Of a stretch of DNA of 41,892 nucleotides, positions 12,701-25,414 are shown piece by piece; position 1 is the first letter of the stretch; each line of letters starts with the position of its first letter. The notes beneath the pieces were generated by a model that made no database searches, was not told the origin of the DNA, and worked only from the letters and a program-made list of their open reading frames with translations. A program made the position numbers and the translations under genes. The stretch covers positions 1-41,892 of the forward strand of contig FLMG01000099.1 of NCBI GenBank assembly GCA_900088475.1, written 5' to 3'. Origin of the DNA: Hyphochytrium catenoides (lineage: Eukaryota > Protista > Hyphochytriomycota).

Positions 12701-14546
12701 TCCTAGCCGACTTTGTGCGTTGGCACTCTCCTCGAGACTTTGTCTCAGTGGAGACAGAGGGGCAGGCAGAAATGACCGCAGCTTGGGAGAGCCATAGCAG
12801 ATCTCTTGAAGAGGATGGAACGCAATGGTTCTTCCCAGGGATTGGAGTCCTTAGCAGAAGGATGAGAGATGAATCAGAAGGTGGTGCAAGCTACTCTGCC
12901 TTTCTCCGCCAGAGCGACAGGCAACGTCCACGCACAGGCGTGCACTTCCCAGCTCTTTTATGTATTTTCCTATTTTCAGGACTTATCCTTCGTGAGCAAG
13001 GGAGTCATAGTTACTATCTCTATCTAGCTCTGGTCGTAGAAGCTCTCCAGTTATCCTTCCTTGCATGATGACCTTTCCATGATTTTTCTCTGCAGAGGTC
13101 GGAGGAGAAGGTTCAACGAATCTTTGGCGAACTTGCTGGCGGACGGCCGTGCCACTACCATCAGAAAGGCAGAGAGCACTGTTTGATGCATCTAGAGAGG
13201 CGGAGAAGGTCCTATAATTCCTTCTCTTTTCTCGCTCATGCTTCTTTTTCTATCTCAAAGCTTGAGTGGAGTCATTCTCAAAGAATACTCTTGAAACTTG
13301 GCGAAGATTGCTTGTCAGGCTCGTTCCCTCTCTCTCACTGTCTCTCTAGGCTTAGTGAGCAGTTCTATCGTGGACGCGACGGTGGAACTAACCTGTATCT
13401 GTCCTTACTGGCCTTGTCGCTGTCACAGGTTCTTCACTATCTTGAAACGATATCCGTCGTGGAGTTGCTTCCCCAGGTGAGTCCCGCTATTCTTCATCAT
13501 CTTGCGCCCTCCCTAAATTTTGCTGCATAATCTCTGCTGCGTTCCGCTCTTTTTCTGCCCCTAGCTTCTTTGCACGCTGTACTCCACCTCGTTCTTTGTA
13601 CTTTCGCATGCAGAGACACCGGCGCTTTCTCTTCCCGCTGTGCAAAGCTCTCTGAAGCATCTACGGAACCAGGCCAAAGAGGCCATCCGGTATCTCAGGG
13701 CTCCAGAAAGGACAAGCAGCGCATCAAACCTCATGGTACCACAAAGCAGAGCCCTCACTTCTCTGCCTTGCTCCTTTTCTCTTGCCTTCATACTTTCTCC
13801 TCATGATGCAGTCCAAGTATAACATTACTATCTAACCCGTTGCCTTGCTACCCGTACCTTCTACTCTTCCTCTTGGCAATTCCTGGGGTTTAGGATCTCT
13901 TTGATGATTGCAGCCAGTTCTGTACCGGGTTGATGAGAGTTGAGACACAACTCAGCAAAGGCACTGCTCTTCTGCATAAGCTTCCTTATCAGGTATTTCC
14001 CCAACGCACTCTGGTAGTGTTGGCTCCTTCCTGCACCCAAATCGCCTTGTTTGAGCTATCTTTAAGCACTGTAGATTCCGCAACGTGTCCACATCTACCT
14101 TAATATGGAGTGTCGGTGTACGGGTCGGTGTCTTAACGCAGTTTCTGTCTTCTATGGTGGCCCGTCACATCCCCTTGTAGATGGATCTTGTCTCGCGTGT
14201 GGTAGGAACCGATGCGAAGTCAGTCGGCGTACCTGCACAAGACGAGCGGAAGGCCATTTTGCAGCTCCTTCTCGATAAGAAGGCAGATCAGATTTCCAAT
14301 GACTCGCCGGAAGTCGGAAGGAGAGAAGGCAGTCAAGAGCAAAACGTAAAGAAAAGTGAAGGAGAGGAAGAAGAGGAAGTTCAGTTTCCTAAAGCTTCCA
14401 AGAGAGAGTATGTTCTCCGAAGCATTGAGCCTCGTCCTTTCCACCACGACACTTTTTCGTTGCTGCCAATCGTCTCCCGTCTTTATGCTTGCTTTGACGA
14501 CGACATTGTGAGATTTGCTCTGGCTCTTGGGTCTGCTGAATTCTAA
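6797..14546 (+). CDS. RAB3GAP1: Rab3 GTPase-activating protein catalytic subunit
   Basis: 22 phase-consistent GT-AG exons: 6797-6923, 7311-7489, 7740-7991, 8242-8409, 8687-8746, 8925-9002, 9168-9299, 9611-9754, 9907-10041, 10280-10360, 10592-10664, 10772-10846, 11045-11133, 11372-11475, 11733-12248, 12502-12583, 12682-12880, 13096-13208, 13429-13476, 13565-13735, 13894-13992, 14181-14546. Family motifs: DYTNATEWEVFVSKLE, DPLASVELQVSW...VDN, LWSAFVVRLRQHW, CILHQKLQLLNCCI, PVTQEQLPLTEDM, SLISDMQAFKAANPGAVLADFVRWHSPRD, LFDASREAEKVLHYLE. Confidence 0.93.
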
Positions 14547-16016
14547 AAGAGGCGAGAAAGGAGGACTTTTATTATACTTTAATGATGGACAACCTAGGTC
14601 TCCCCAAGTGGGCGAGGTTTCTAGTAGATAAGGATCACTTTCGGAATTGTCTCTCTGTCCTCGTCTCTTCCCTGATAGAGATATTCGTGGCTTACTGTTT
14701 CAAGACCAGAAGCTCTAGGGCGTCTCGTTGGCAATTACACCTACATCTATTCTCTCTTCTGTCCTCTCAACAATTCTCGACGCAGCTAGACAGCAACACT
14801 TCTCGCGGTGACGGCGATAGTTTGGATGTAACAGCGTAACAGGAGGAAATCGCTGGGTTCATAGCGGTGAGCTTGCAAAGGATCATTCTACTTATAGTGG
14901 GGAGCTCCTTGCAACAAACAAAGACGACAACTAATCTCAGGCCAGTGGCCCCAGCTGCGGGTTGTGGGCCTACATACGGCACAAGCCTACTCAAGAAGGC
15001 AGAAATGATCATGACTGCAGCGCTCTCATACATCCCTTGGTGGTTCCTCTTGCTGCGACACTGCCAGGCTTCAGCCTCGTTAGAAACATGAGAAGGTGCG
15101 CCTCGTGGCGATGATGAGGTATGGCGCCCGTCCCTGACGTACAGTAAACCTACTTTAGATCGTGACCGAGGAGCTGGCACTCACTGTCCATATGTTAATC
15201 CTTAGGAGGATGAAATGAAGGATCGAAGTCGTCTCCCTGACGCACCTATGGGGCCATTATCCAGAGTTAGAGTCATCGGCTCATTCATGCGCTATCAAAC
15301 CCAGTAAACACAATGTCCGTATATCATTATGTGCTGCTTTCGTCAGATGAATCATCTCAGTAGCCGAGACAGAGGGAGATGAGGCGGTTCTTCGCTTGTC
15401 TCATAAAGGCAAGCTGCTGCAGACAAGATTGGTGGGGTTACTACCATCATCATGAGCTGGGTACTATAGCAACCTCAGAAGAAGAGGCTCCCATCAACGC
15501 GGCAACCGCCCCGCTATGATGTGGTGCGCAGCAGGAGGACTTGAGAACTGAAGCAGGGACGCTTTACGGTACCATTGGGTCTCTCGCGCAGTAACACTTT
15601 CATCTACCGAACGGTCGCCGTCACAGCGATGCAATCACAGCCGTGGTACGAGTAGGTAGCGCTTATTATAGCGCGTTTCCTCCTTTTTTTTTCTTTCCGC
15701 CTTACTTCTGATCGTTACTTTGTACGTCAAAGTCGTGGGCAGGTAAAAAAGAGCTCTCATAGCGTAAAGCGATAAGCAAAGGCGCATCGCAGGAGTATCA
15801 ACATGGCTTTTGCATTTCCAGGTGATTGTGAGTCTGAGGAGATCTTCCTCTTCGCGGTTGTTGATGGGTTGGCGATCATGGATCAGCATATACGACGCCA
15901 AGAAGCTGGTTCTTTATCAACGTATATTGAATGAATCTGAAGCTGTGAGATAGAGAGATGAGGCTACATGGTGGCGGTTGTGGGAGAAGGATGTCCTTGT
16001 AGGCGGCGGCGGGATG

Positions 16017-18361
16017 TCATGCTGTGGTAGGGTTATATATCAGGAGAAGGGGAGGGAAATTCAACTCTCGACGGACAGCAAGAATCTCTGCATCAAGCGC
16101 GGCAAGCTCCGCTCCATTCTGCTGCTGCTGCTGCTGGGAGTGGACAGGCTGGTTGGGCGTTCCGGCAAGGAGAAGGTTGGATGGCGAAATGTTGAGGCGG
16201 CGAATGGACGTGTTTCCCGTCACCCACCAGCGACAAGCTTCATCGAGTTCTAACATCGAAAGAGCGGAGAGAGAGTCTTTAGCTGCTGTGTCTGCCTGCT
16301 GATGAGTTCCTTTCTCTCCTTTCTCCTTCTCCCTATCGCGGTCCTTGTCCTTCTTTCCACCGCCCTTTTGAGGGGATAATGAAGCCGGCGCCGTGGCTGG
16401 CTGCGGTTACCGCAGAAGAGGTTGCGGGAGAGGTGAAAGAGAAGATCAACAGAGACAAAGGTTAGACAGGTTGGCTGGCACTTCGGGCCTCGAAGGGTCT
16501 GAGGTAGGATGGAAAGGTAGGTTGTATTCAGCGTGCAAGATGGGAGGAGAAGAGTGAAAGATGATTGACCAAACATATAACGAAGCTACAACGGGAACCC
16601 ACTGACGAGAGACGATAAGAAGTCCTCTTTCTCCTGGCAGGGACACTAAGCCCCAGTAGTAGCACTCGCTACCAGACAGAGCGAAGGCGAGAGAGAGTGC
16701 GAAAATATCTCAAGGAACACAGCCCAGACGAGATCGAGATAAAGAAGCCACTCATCGCTTCCCAACCTGGTGAGCCGCAGACTTGCGCAGTTTCACGACT
16801 CCTGCCTCCAACCGGCGCTCCGCCTCCGAGTCTGCCAGCTCGTACCTGGTAAAGGTATCTCTGCAATATTTGCGTATGCTGAGGAAAAAAGAAGGAACGC
16901 AAGGCCGACGGTCAGGCTGAATAACTCTTCGTTGTTGCTCACTACGTTCTTTTCTCCGCTACTCTTTCTGTTTGGTATCAGTCTCTCCGCCTCAACTTGT
17001 CTCAGTTCAAACGAGGATGAAAGCTTCTCTTCATTGCCATTTCCTGCTTCTCTCGATTGCCCAATTGTATGTCGGCATCCAAATGTCTAACGCAAGACAG
17101 AGCTCTCTCGCTTTCTCCACATCCTTCGTCCTGCCGCCGCGTGTTCCCGTCTTCAGTGTATCTGGGTGCTTTGCCGTCCCCAAAGGCGTTTCCCCCTGTC
17201 CATCTCCCATTCTTCTCTCTGCACCTACCTGGGAGTGATGGTGATTCTGTTAGCGGCAAGAGAGAGGTCTGCTAGCGTTGAGTTTTCTCTGAGAGAGGTA
17301 AGGAGAGCACGGAATCCTCGTCCCGTGATGTTGTTCCCATATAGATTCAAGGTCTGGAGCCTGGAGTTGTTCCTCAACAGGGAGGCGACGCTAGCGGCGC
17401 CTGAGGTAGAGGAAATAGATTGACGAATGGGTGAGACTATGACAGCAGGTAAAAGGTTTAGAAGGAGAGACATGGCGGCCACCAGCAGAACAGGGTTGAG
17501 AGGAGATGCACTGCAATAGCAGGACCCAAGAGGAAGGGGTACAGCTAGAGAGCAGAGAGGCATCCCAAGAAGGGGATGACGAGTTGTACGGAGAGAAAGT
17601 GTGAGTGGAACAGTTGACTGCAGCATGCACAGAGTCCAGGAAGCAGACAGCACCTTCGTCATCTATGGCTATGCTCCTAAGGCTGAGAGATAGAAGCTTG
17701 GAGCCGCTATCCAAGAGCGGCAAGAACCTAAGGTAAGGAAGAGATGTGAGGCAAGGGCTATAATAGAGAGGAGAGAATGGTATAAGTCAATGAAGTCGAG
17801 CACTAGACAAACCAAACTCTTCGAGCTGCTTAGACCTAGAGAGAGGGCAGGCGACGAGCTTCGTTCAGAGTGGAAGAGGAAGGAGAGCGATAAACAGATA
17901 CTCTTAAGAAGCCTGAGAGGCTCGTAGAGGATAGTTAGTCAATAGAAGCGAGGCCGTGGGAGTAGCGCTATGCACACGCTCACAAAGACGATGGCGGCCA
18001 GGAAGCAGCACCACAGATGAGAACAAATCTCACAGCAAAGTATGGGAGGAGTAAGGCGTGTATAGGCGACGGAGAGGAGCAAGGTCAGAGAAGGAGATGA
18101 AGTAGGAGACCCGGCGACGCACCACTTTTTTGCGCTTATTGTTTCCTGAGATACAGAGGAAGAGAGAGCAGGAGAGGGGGAGACGGAAGTCCAATCAAGA
18201 GAGAGATGCTCTACGGTCGAGGAAGGAAGAGAATCCACCAGGAGCTTCGCTTGGTCCTCGCTCAGCTGCGTGTTCAGGATCCTGAAGGTGGAGGCGGAGG
18301 GTGTCACGCTTACTAACTTGGCTCTGTGGTCTATCTTCTCACTCTCCCCGTAATCCTTCAT
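16017..18361 (-). CDS. Leucine-rich repeat protein (RNI-like LRRs), LRRC71-like
   Basis: Five phase-consistent exons 18361-18123, 17727-17654, 17400-17229, 16878-16767, 16400-16017 (326 aa). LRRs VEHLSLDW, LLSLSLRSIAIDDEGA, LQTLNLYGNNITGRG, LADLSLAANRI, then a Lys-rich linker and GNTSIRRLNIS, an architecture resembling LRRC71. The ATG at 18361 is preceded by ctctag, so upstream exons are possible. Confidence 0.75.
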
Positions 18362-19784
18362 CTAGAGCTCTGCTATCGCTCACTCTCCTCTTTACACAGT
18401 TGCCGACTTCTCCGATGCTGCCTTTGTCCCTTCTCCGTTAATTCCACTGCCATGTCCTCCTACTGCTCTCTTTCTCTTGCTTAGTTGGTCACCTCTTTGG
18501 CTCTTGGTTACCTGAGAGTGTGTGCTCCATGGCAGACGGAGAGTGTGCGGGTGAGCGAGAAGAGAGACGGTGTGTCAATGAGATGATGAGACAGAGTTAT
18601 CGTGCGACGAAGTGGCTTTTGGGCCCCGGAGTTGTCTCTTTTCTCTCCTTCTCCGGCGGTGCTACGAGCGGCTTTAAAGTGAGAGCCAGAAGCGTGAGGA
18701 GAGGGCACGAAGGCGAGGGTTCGAAGAACAGACCAGCGGGAGAAAGAAGAGTGAACAGTCTGAGAAGCAACTTTTGGACCTAGAGGACCTCAAAACTGAA
18801 GAGGAGGGAGTCACAGGTTGATGGCAGCAGGGAGAAGGGGGCAGTGCCTCTTACTCTTCACTGGCGCCGGATGGTGCGTCTCTCTCAGTGCAGGATGAGG
18901 GCAAACACCCAGTGCGCGGCAGTGTGCGCTGAAGAGTTTAAGGAAGTCGTCGGCCCCCGAGGCGATCTCTCCCGCAAGCGGGCTCCCTGCACAGCAGCGT
19001 CACAGCGGCCGAAGGATCTTTAGGTGTCCGCCTTTCTGAACTCTGCGGCCCCCCTCACCTTTCTCTCCTGCTTGTGACTTTCTCTCTCCCACTCCCTTGG
19101 CTCCTGCTTGTTCTGTCTCTTCAGGTATCTGCTCTCCCTACTCTCTGTTGAGAGATAATTGCGTGCATCTCTCTTCTCCTCTCCCCATCGCGACTCCAAC
19201 ATGCGCCCTTCCCGCCTCCACTGTCTGCCCGCCGCCATCCCTCTGCTCCCAGCAACCTGGCACCTCCTATGGATCAACCTCTCTCTCTCTCTCTGGCTTT
19301 CTTCTGTCTCTCTCCTCTTCTTCTCTCCTCTCCCCGCCTTCATTATCTCCCCTCTCCTTTTTGCATCCTCTCTCTGCACTCCTACTCTTCGGTTGGTTTT
19401 CCCTGCTACTGCCTCTCACCTGTCACTATCTCCTCCAAGTGAGCCGCGCTGCCGGCCTGCTGCTCGTTCCTGTGATAGTCCCACAAGCTGACCACCGCCA
19501 TCTTCACAGCGCAGCAGCCGCGCCAGGAGGAGGACGAGACGAGAAGAAATAAAGAGAGAGAGAGGAGACAAAAGGAGGACAGACCGACAGAGAATGGGAG
19601 AAGAGAAGGAGAGGCCGTGATTAGCCCGGTGTTAGAGAGAGGAGGAAGGAGAGTTTTTAGCCTCACGCAGACCTCAAGGGAGTAAATGGGAGGCTAGGAC
19701 ACCCGCCTTCTCTTCCAGAACGACTTCTCAACCTTTCTGACTCTTTATCTCTCTCTCTCTTTCTCTCCCTCTCTCTCCTGGAGC

Positions 19785-19960
19785 TTGGAAGAAGGCGCTT
19801 CTTGCCTTCTGCCCGGCAGTCGTCTCCTACTCTTCTCTTGCCTCCTGTCTGCCTGTCGCTCTCTCTCTCTCTCTCTNNNNNNNNNNNNNNNNNNNNNNNN
19901 NNNNNNCTGGAAGAGGGGCCGCTTCCTTGCTCGCCTGTCGTCTCTTACTCCTCCTCTCCC
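19785..19960. repeat. Diverged ~55 bp direct repeat flanking a (CT)n tract and N gap
   Basis: TGGAAGAAGGCGCTTCTTGCC...GTCGTCTCCTACTCTTCTC (19785-19840) vs TGGAAGAGGGGCCGCTTCCTTGC...GTCGTCTCTTACTCCTCCTC (19908-19960). Confidence 0.6.
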
Positions 19961-20269
19961 TATCTGAAGCTGCCTTCCCCTCCTTACCTCTCCCTCTCTA
20001 ACTTCGCCAAAAGCCTTTGGAAAGAAGAGGTAACGCCTTCCTCAGAGCTCCCCTCAGACTATGAAATTTTGGTGCCGCTTCTGGGGGAGGTTTGAGGGAT
20101 ATCTGAGTCCAGGTGGGTGGGCCTGAGAACTGTCTAATCGAATTCCACACCTGGCTCACTGGGGGATTTAGGATGAGGAGCTCACAAGGGATTCTATTCC
20201 CGATCACCCAAGGTTGTGCCGCCCATTCCCAGAGAGTCAGTCCGACCGCCCACCCGCCCCAGCCAGCCA

Positions 20270-20888
20270 GCTGACTCTCTCTCTCTCTTTTGTCTCTCTC
20301 TCTCTCTCTGTCTCTGTGTCTCTGTCTCTGTCTCTGTCTCTGTGTCTCTCTGTGTCTCTCGCTCTCTGTCTCTGTGTCTCCTCTCCGTCTATGTATCTCT
20401 CTCTCCTCCTTTCCCTCGCCCTCTTTCTTTCTTTATCTCTCTGTTTCTCTACATTCCTCCCTTACCATCCCCTCTCTCACCAAGTCATCTGTCTAGCACT
20501 GCACGCTCTGTCTGGCGCGCTTTCCTCTCTCCCTTGCTCTGACTGACTCCCTTCTGTTCCCTTGTCAATCAGTCACAAGGCACACAACAGCACCAACAAA
20601 GGTCGTTTTTCCTCTCTCTTCCCAACTCTCTTGCTTTTCTCTCTCACTTCTTTCGCTTCCTCCCTCTCTCCTCTCTCTTACTTCCTTTCGCTCTCTCTTA
20701 TCTCTGTCTTCCCTCTCTCTCTCTCACTCTCCTCGGTCTCTCTCTCTCTCTCCTCCCTCTCTTCTCTCTCTCTCTCTCTCCCTTCCAGTGTCGCGGCCCA
20801 CAGCCTTTTGTTTCGCGACATACAGGCGACAGAACTGCGTTCCTCAAGAGACTTCCTTTCCCCTTTTTCTCACTCTCCTTGCTCTCCT

Positions 20889-20924
<36 letters not shown>

Positions 20925-20925
20925 T
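20270..20925 (+). repeat. (CT)n / (CTGTCT)n microsatellite-rich polypyrimidine region, probably 5'UTR introns of the downstream gene
   Basis: Long CT runs and TCTCTG hexamer repeats are seen directly. Confidence 0.8.
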
Positions 20926-21315
20926 CAGTTTTCGCCTCTCTCACGCTCCCGCCAGGGCTCCTCTCTCTAGTACAGCAGCACACTAGCAGCGGCCGCGCGA
21001 GCCATTGATCTCTGGAAGAAAGAAGATTAGCAGGAGAGAAAGGCAGAAGAGACAGCAGTGTGCCGCCGCTGGAGAAGGCTCAGGAGAGACTGCGGCGCTC
21101 CTTGGACAGTCAAGGAAACTGAGAGTGTGAGAGGAGAGAGTGGGAAAGAGTCCTACGCTTTACAGCGGGAGAAAGCTCCCTTGAAGGCGGCCGATAGTCC
21201 AAGGACGACGTTTATAAGAGAATAGCGCTGCCAGACAGCAGAGAGTGAAAGAGAGAGGAAGAGCTTCAGAGCAAGAAGAAGGAAACAGCCCAAGGGACTC
21301 CTGGGACCAAGAGAG

Positions 21316-22506
21316 ATGCGGGCTGGTCTGTGCTCGCTGGGGCCGCTGCTCCTTATCCTGTCTCTCTCTCTCCTCTTTCTCTCGTCTCCATCACTCGCGC
21401 AGACACCCACCGAAGCCCCAACTGCTGCACCTACCTCGCCGCCTCCTTCACCGCCTCCTTCACCGCCTCCTCCCACACCGACGCCGCCTCCTCCATCTCC
21501 GTCTCCCACCCCGCCGCCTACCCCAGCGCCGCCCACACCGACGCCCTCTCCCTCTCCCTCTCCAACCCCAACGCAAGCGCCTTCCCCAACGCCGACCCCG
21601 AGCCCTGAGACACCCACTCCAGCCACGCCAACCACAGAGACACCGTCTCCTGGCCCCACACCGGCTCCGACGCCTGCACCTCCGCCAGGAGCACCCACCC
21701 CGAAGCCCACGCCTGCACCGTCGCGAGCGCCAACGCCAAAGCCCTCACCGACGCCCACTGAGGATCCTCTGAACCCAGGGAATAACAATGGACAGGGAAA
21801 TGACTCAGAGAGCTTCGCCACCTGGAAGATTATCGCCATTGTGGCGGGATCTCTCGTCGGGTTGGTGCTCATCGCCGTGTTGTCCTATTATATCGTCAGG
21901 AAGAGCCAGGATGACGCTTATGAGGACACAGCTGCCGCGCTGGACTACAATCCTTACGCGGGTGGAGACGCAGGGGCGGGCGCCGCGGGGGTGACGAGCT
22001 ACACGCCATACCAGGGAGGAGGAGGAGCATACCCTCCGTCACGGTACAATCAGCCTGGACCTCAGAGCGGGTACGGCGGTGGAGGTGCCGGTGTCGCGGA
22101 CTATCAGTCGGGAGCTGGGCAGACGTACAGCATGTCCAGCGGCGCCCCGCTGACCGGCCCACCCGGTAGCAAAGTTGGACCGAATAAGATTGTCACAGCG
22201 GCCGCGCCATATGGTTACACTTCCGTCCAATCTGTGGACGTACCTCCAGCCAGAACCGAGCCTGTCGCGCCCAAGCAGCCTGCTTACGCCTACCAGGACG
22301 GGTCCGGACCCGTCAACCGGCCAGGCAGTCCTGCCCCGACTGTGGATATTGATCAGCACCGCCAGCAGCTGGACAGCCCGACGCCCACGGTCGATATTGA
22401 CCGCTACCGGGCGCCTTCCTATGGGAACTCTCCTCCTGAGCAACCAGGCGGCCCAGGGCTGCCGAAGGTGAAGGAAGGAAGCTCCAAAGAAGAGTTTGAG
22501 TTCTAG
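21316..22506 (+). CDS. Single-pass type I membrane protein with Pro/Thr/Ser-rich (extensin/mucin-like) ectodomain
   Basis: Intronless 396-aa ORF with GC-rich third positions. Signal peptide [28 protein letters not shown]|Q, then SPPP/TP repeats, a TM helix [23 protein letters not shown] followed by RK, a Tyr/Gly/Pro-rich tail with a duplicated SPxPTVDIDxxR motif, and C-terminal EEFEF. Confidence 0.88.
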   Translation: MRAGLCSLGPLLLILSLSLLFLSSPSLAQTPTEAPTAAPTSPPPSPPPSPPPPTPTPPPPSPSPTPPPTPAPPTPTPSPSPSPTPTQAPSPTPTPSPETPTPATPTTETPSPGPTPAPTPAPPPGAPTPKPTPAPSRAPTPKPSPTPTEDPLNPGNNNGQGNDSESFATWKIIAIVAGSLVGLVLIAVLSYYIVRKSQDDAYEDTAAALDYNPYAGGDAGAGAAGVTSYTPYQGGGGAYPPSRYNQPGPQSGYGGGGAGVADYQSGAGQTYSMSSGAPLTGPPGSKVGPNKIVTAAAPYGYTSVQSVDVPPARTEPVAPKQPAYAYQDGSGPVNRPGSPAPTVDIDQHRQQLDSPTPTVDIDRYRAPSYGNSPPEQPGGPGLPKVKEGSSKEEFEF

Positions 22507-22549
22507 ACGTATTTTTNNNNNNNNNNNNNNNNNNNNNNNNNNNNNNNNN

Positions 22550-22583
<34 letters not shown>

Positions 22584-23751
22584 TCATGTAGAAGAAGGCA
22601 TCATATGCAATGTATGGACGCTTTTCTGCTTGCAATGTATTGTTTGCTGATCCAAAAGTTTGCAGGGAGGAAGGGGGAACAAGTCGAGTGGTTGGGCGGG
22701 AGAAGCAGCTCTGGAGGCATGATTGTGCGCATTTTACCTGCGTGCAAAAGATTGCTGACAGAGCTTCGTTGGCCCTTTGGAAGGTTCAGAAGGAAGAAGG
22801 GCTAGCATGATTGCAGGGCTAAGGCAACGAGGTGGCGCATTATTGGGGAGTGCACAATTTTCTGCCTTCTGTTTCTTGGAAGCATAGACTTGTTTGCTGA
22901 TCATCACTCTCAAGGGTTCGCAGAGAAAGCGGCGGCAAGCCAAGCGCGAGGGCGGGGTGTCAGCCGCCCCACTATTTGTGCAGCTTTAGCTATGGTTGCA
23001 ATTGATGTTTGCTGGTCTTTGTTGGCCCCATAGAAAGCTTCATAAAATAATGGTGAAGGCTGAAGATGGTGCCCACCTCCTCCCTGCGTGCAGCTTGCTC
23101 TGCATATGATGAGGTGACACTTCTTGCCACGACGGTCACCCAAAGGGTTAGCAAAGGCTTTGTTTGCTGATGTAGGTGTTTGATACAAGGTGGCGTAGTG
23201 GAGTTGGGGCAGGTGTAGGGTGACCATGCCGCCAGAGCTGACCAGGTGTGTCAGCTTTGCATGGTAGCTGGAAATTGAGAGCAGCACTTGCTTTTCATGC
23301 TGGTAACTATTTTCCGTATAATTTTGCTGCACATCGGTGCTGCAGCAGCGATGTCTCCTGGTTGCACCATCGGCCAGCATCCATAGGTTCTCCACCGAAC
23401 ATTAGATCACCTTGGTTAAGCAGAACCTTTGTCCATATTCGCTACTTGGAAGTAGTGATGATCGGACGACCTCCTCACTATCACCGACGATGAGACTTCA
23501 GCACAACTCCCTACGATAGCAGAGCTAACGAGAGGACCAGGCCCGCGGCAAAAAAAAATCTACTATTCACATGGGAAAAGGCCAGAATGGCCTACAGGGT
23601 AGTAGCTCTCGTCGTGTCCTCAACAGCGACCTCCTCTAAGTGCTAATAGGTTAGGTTACCATTCTCCTGACTACTAGTGCCTACCACCATAGCGGTGGCT
23701 GTTCCTGAGCGGCGACGAGATCGCTACTGGTTGGTTGCATTAGTAGCGTGA

Positions 23752-24550
23752 TCATCGTCCTTCTAACACGGGGCCGCCGTCCAGCTTGCAAAACCTCTCT
23801 TCTCCATACAATCTTCGATGGTCAAATATGTTATTGTTGAAGAGGTTGGTCCCTTGATTGTGCTTGTTGACGCTAAGTAGCTTGCACATTCCCACAAGGG
23901 CGTCGCTGCAGTTATCCTCCATGCATTTGGGATCATCCCCGCACTTCAGCACGCAGTCCCCGAAGCGGTGCTGTTCGCTGTAATACGCATCCTAGTCCTC
24001 CACTACCATTTCATTGATACCATCACCTCCGCCCCAATGCATGTCGCCTTTCGTCATGTGCTCTCGCCCAGGTCTGTTAGGCTCGCAGGCTAGGTAGACC
24101 ATTGAAGATAGACAGAAATGCTGATGAGCATTGTCTGAGTTATGGCGGTGGCCAATTGAAAGACAAATGTTGCTGACACGACTATGACTGCCAATCATGC
24201 TAACCTTCACCTTCTCAATGATGTTGCCTCCTTCCATCCCCAGGCACTGAGGCCCTGTCTTATGAACATATACGTATACCTATTGGGCTTTGGCCAATCC
24301 TCGCATCTCACCCTTTGCTTACCACTGTAAACATTGATGCTAACTGAGGCTCCAGCACCCTCGAAAGTGACGGTGAAAGCTGTCCCGAGCTGCTCGGCAA
24401 CCGGCATAATCTGGGCGCTTAAGTGTTTATCACCTCGGTTCTCAGGGACAGCATTCGGCTTTTATAAGGAACGCAAAAGGACTCCACACGAACTTTTTTC
24501 AGCAGGTGCTCAAGGCAGACTCCGAGCTTGACCCGGGTAATTGCACTCAT
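23752..24550 (-). pseudogene. Intronless Cys-rich pseudogene of unknown family
   Basis: ORFs 24237-23992 and 23952-23752 are in the same frame, separated by one TAG (…EMVVED*DAYYSEQHRFGDCVLKCGDDPKCMEDNCSDALVGMC…). Upstream pieces MSAITRVKLGVCLEH… (24550) and MPVAEQLGTAFTVTFEG… (24407) join via apparent frameshifts. Confidence 0.5.
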
Positions 24551-25029
24551 GGGACTCTCCTCACTGAGGCACATCCAGACCTCCCCTCAGAAATTTCTGG
24601 GCACGAAAGCTGGAATGTTGGTTCATCTCCTGACAGATTCTGACCCTACACCAGAGAGTCAGTAGCTGATGAGTCAGTGCCAGCCTTCATCACGCCCCAT
24701 TTGGGAATAGAGGCTGCCCTCCTCCATCAGCCCATACAAGAATCAAGCCATTTTCATAGCAGCAAAATTTGGGAGGATAATTAGAAAACGTAGTACAAGT
24801 AGTATACAAATTGGCAGCAAAGTTTGGGCACAAAGTTTTCATGTTTCTCGCGATTTCACCAATAATAACAGGTGATACCTAATTAGAGAATTACAGTACT
24901 GTAGGGGATATTTACGTACACACGAAAATAAATGGAAACCTTTCTTTACTTGCCATCAAGGCACCAGATAGATCTACTCCGCAAGTATTCGGATGGGCAA
25001 TGGATCATTATTGAGCGGTGAAAGGGCAG

Positions 25030-25031
25030 GA

Positions 25032-25082
<51 letters not shown>

Positions 25083-25364
25083 GAAAGAGCTTACATTGCT
25101 TTTGAAGGTGGTAGAGAGAGACAGTGGAGAGGAGAGAGAGGGGAGAGAGAGAGCGGTGCGGCAGACGGCATGAACATAATAAGAGCTTGCTCCTTGCTCA
25201 CGCTATCGCTATTGATCTCTCCTTTCCCATTTCTCCTCTACTTGCCGCCGCCTCCACTCTCTCTCTCTTTCTCTCTCTTTCTTTCTCTCTCTCTCTCCCT
25301 CTTTGTATCCTTTCTCCCATCTTTGCCATCTCTCTCTCCTCCCTCCCGTTCCTCCCTCTCTCTC

Positions 25365-25414
<50 letters not shown>

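Noticed and set aside
19020-21008. Many 60-150 aa ORFs rich in SLSLSL or ERERER (also throughout 25-37 kb)
   Set aside because: These are translations of (CT)n/(GA)n microsatellites, which lack stop codons; no family motifs.
21153-21872. 239-aa Gly/Val-rich minus-strand ORF and the 175-aa Arg/Leu-rich overlapping frame
   Set aside because: Antisense and alternative-frame shadows of the Pro/Thr repeat region of the 21316-22506 gene.
1690-24550. Alternative genetic code suggested by in-frame TAG/TGA in protein-like frames
   Set aside because: The intact genes contain no in-frame stops and terminate with TAA (RAB3GAP1, ASNSD1, Ub-eS30), TAG (SMC2, membrane protein) and TGA (LRR gene); the affected frames also show frameshifts or damaged splice sites, so they are pseudogenes.
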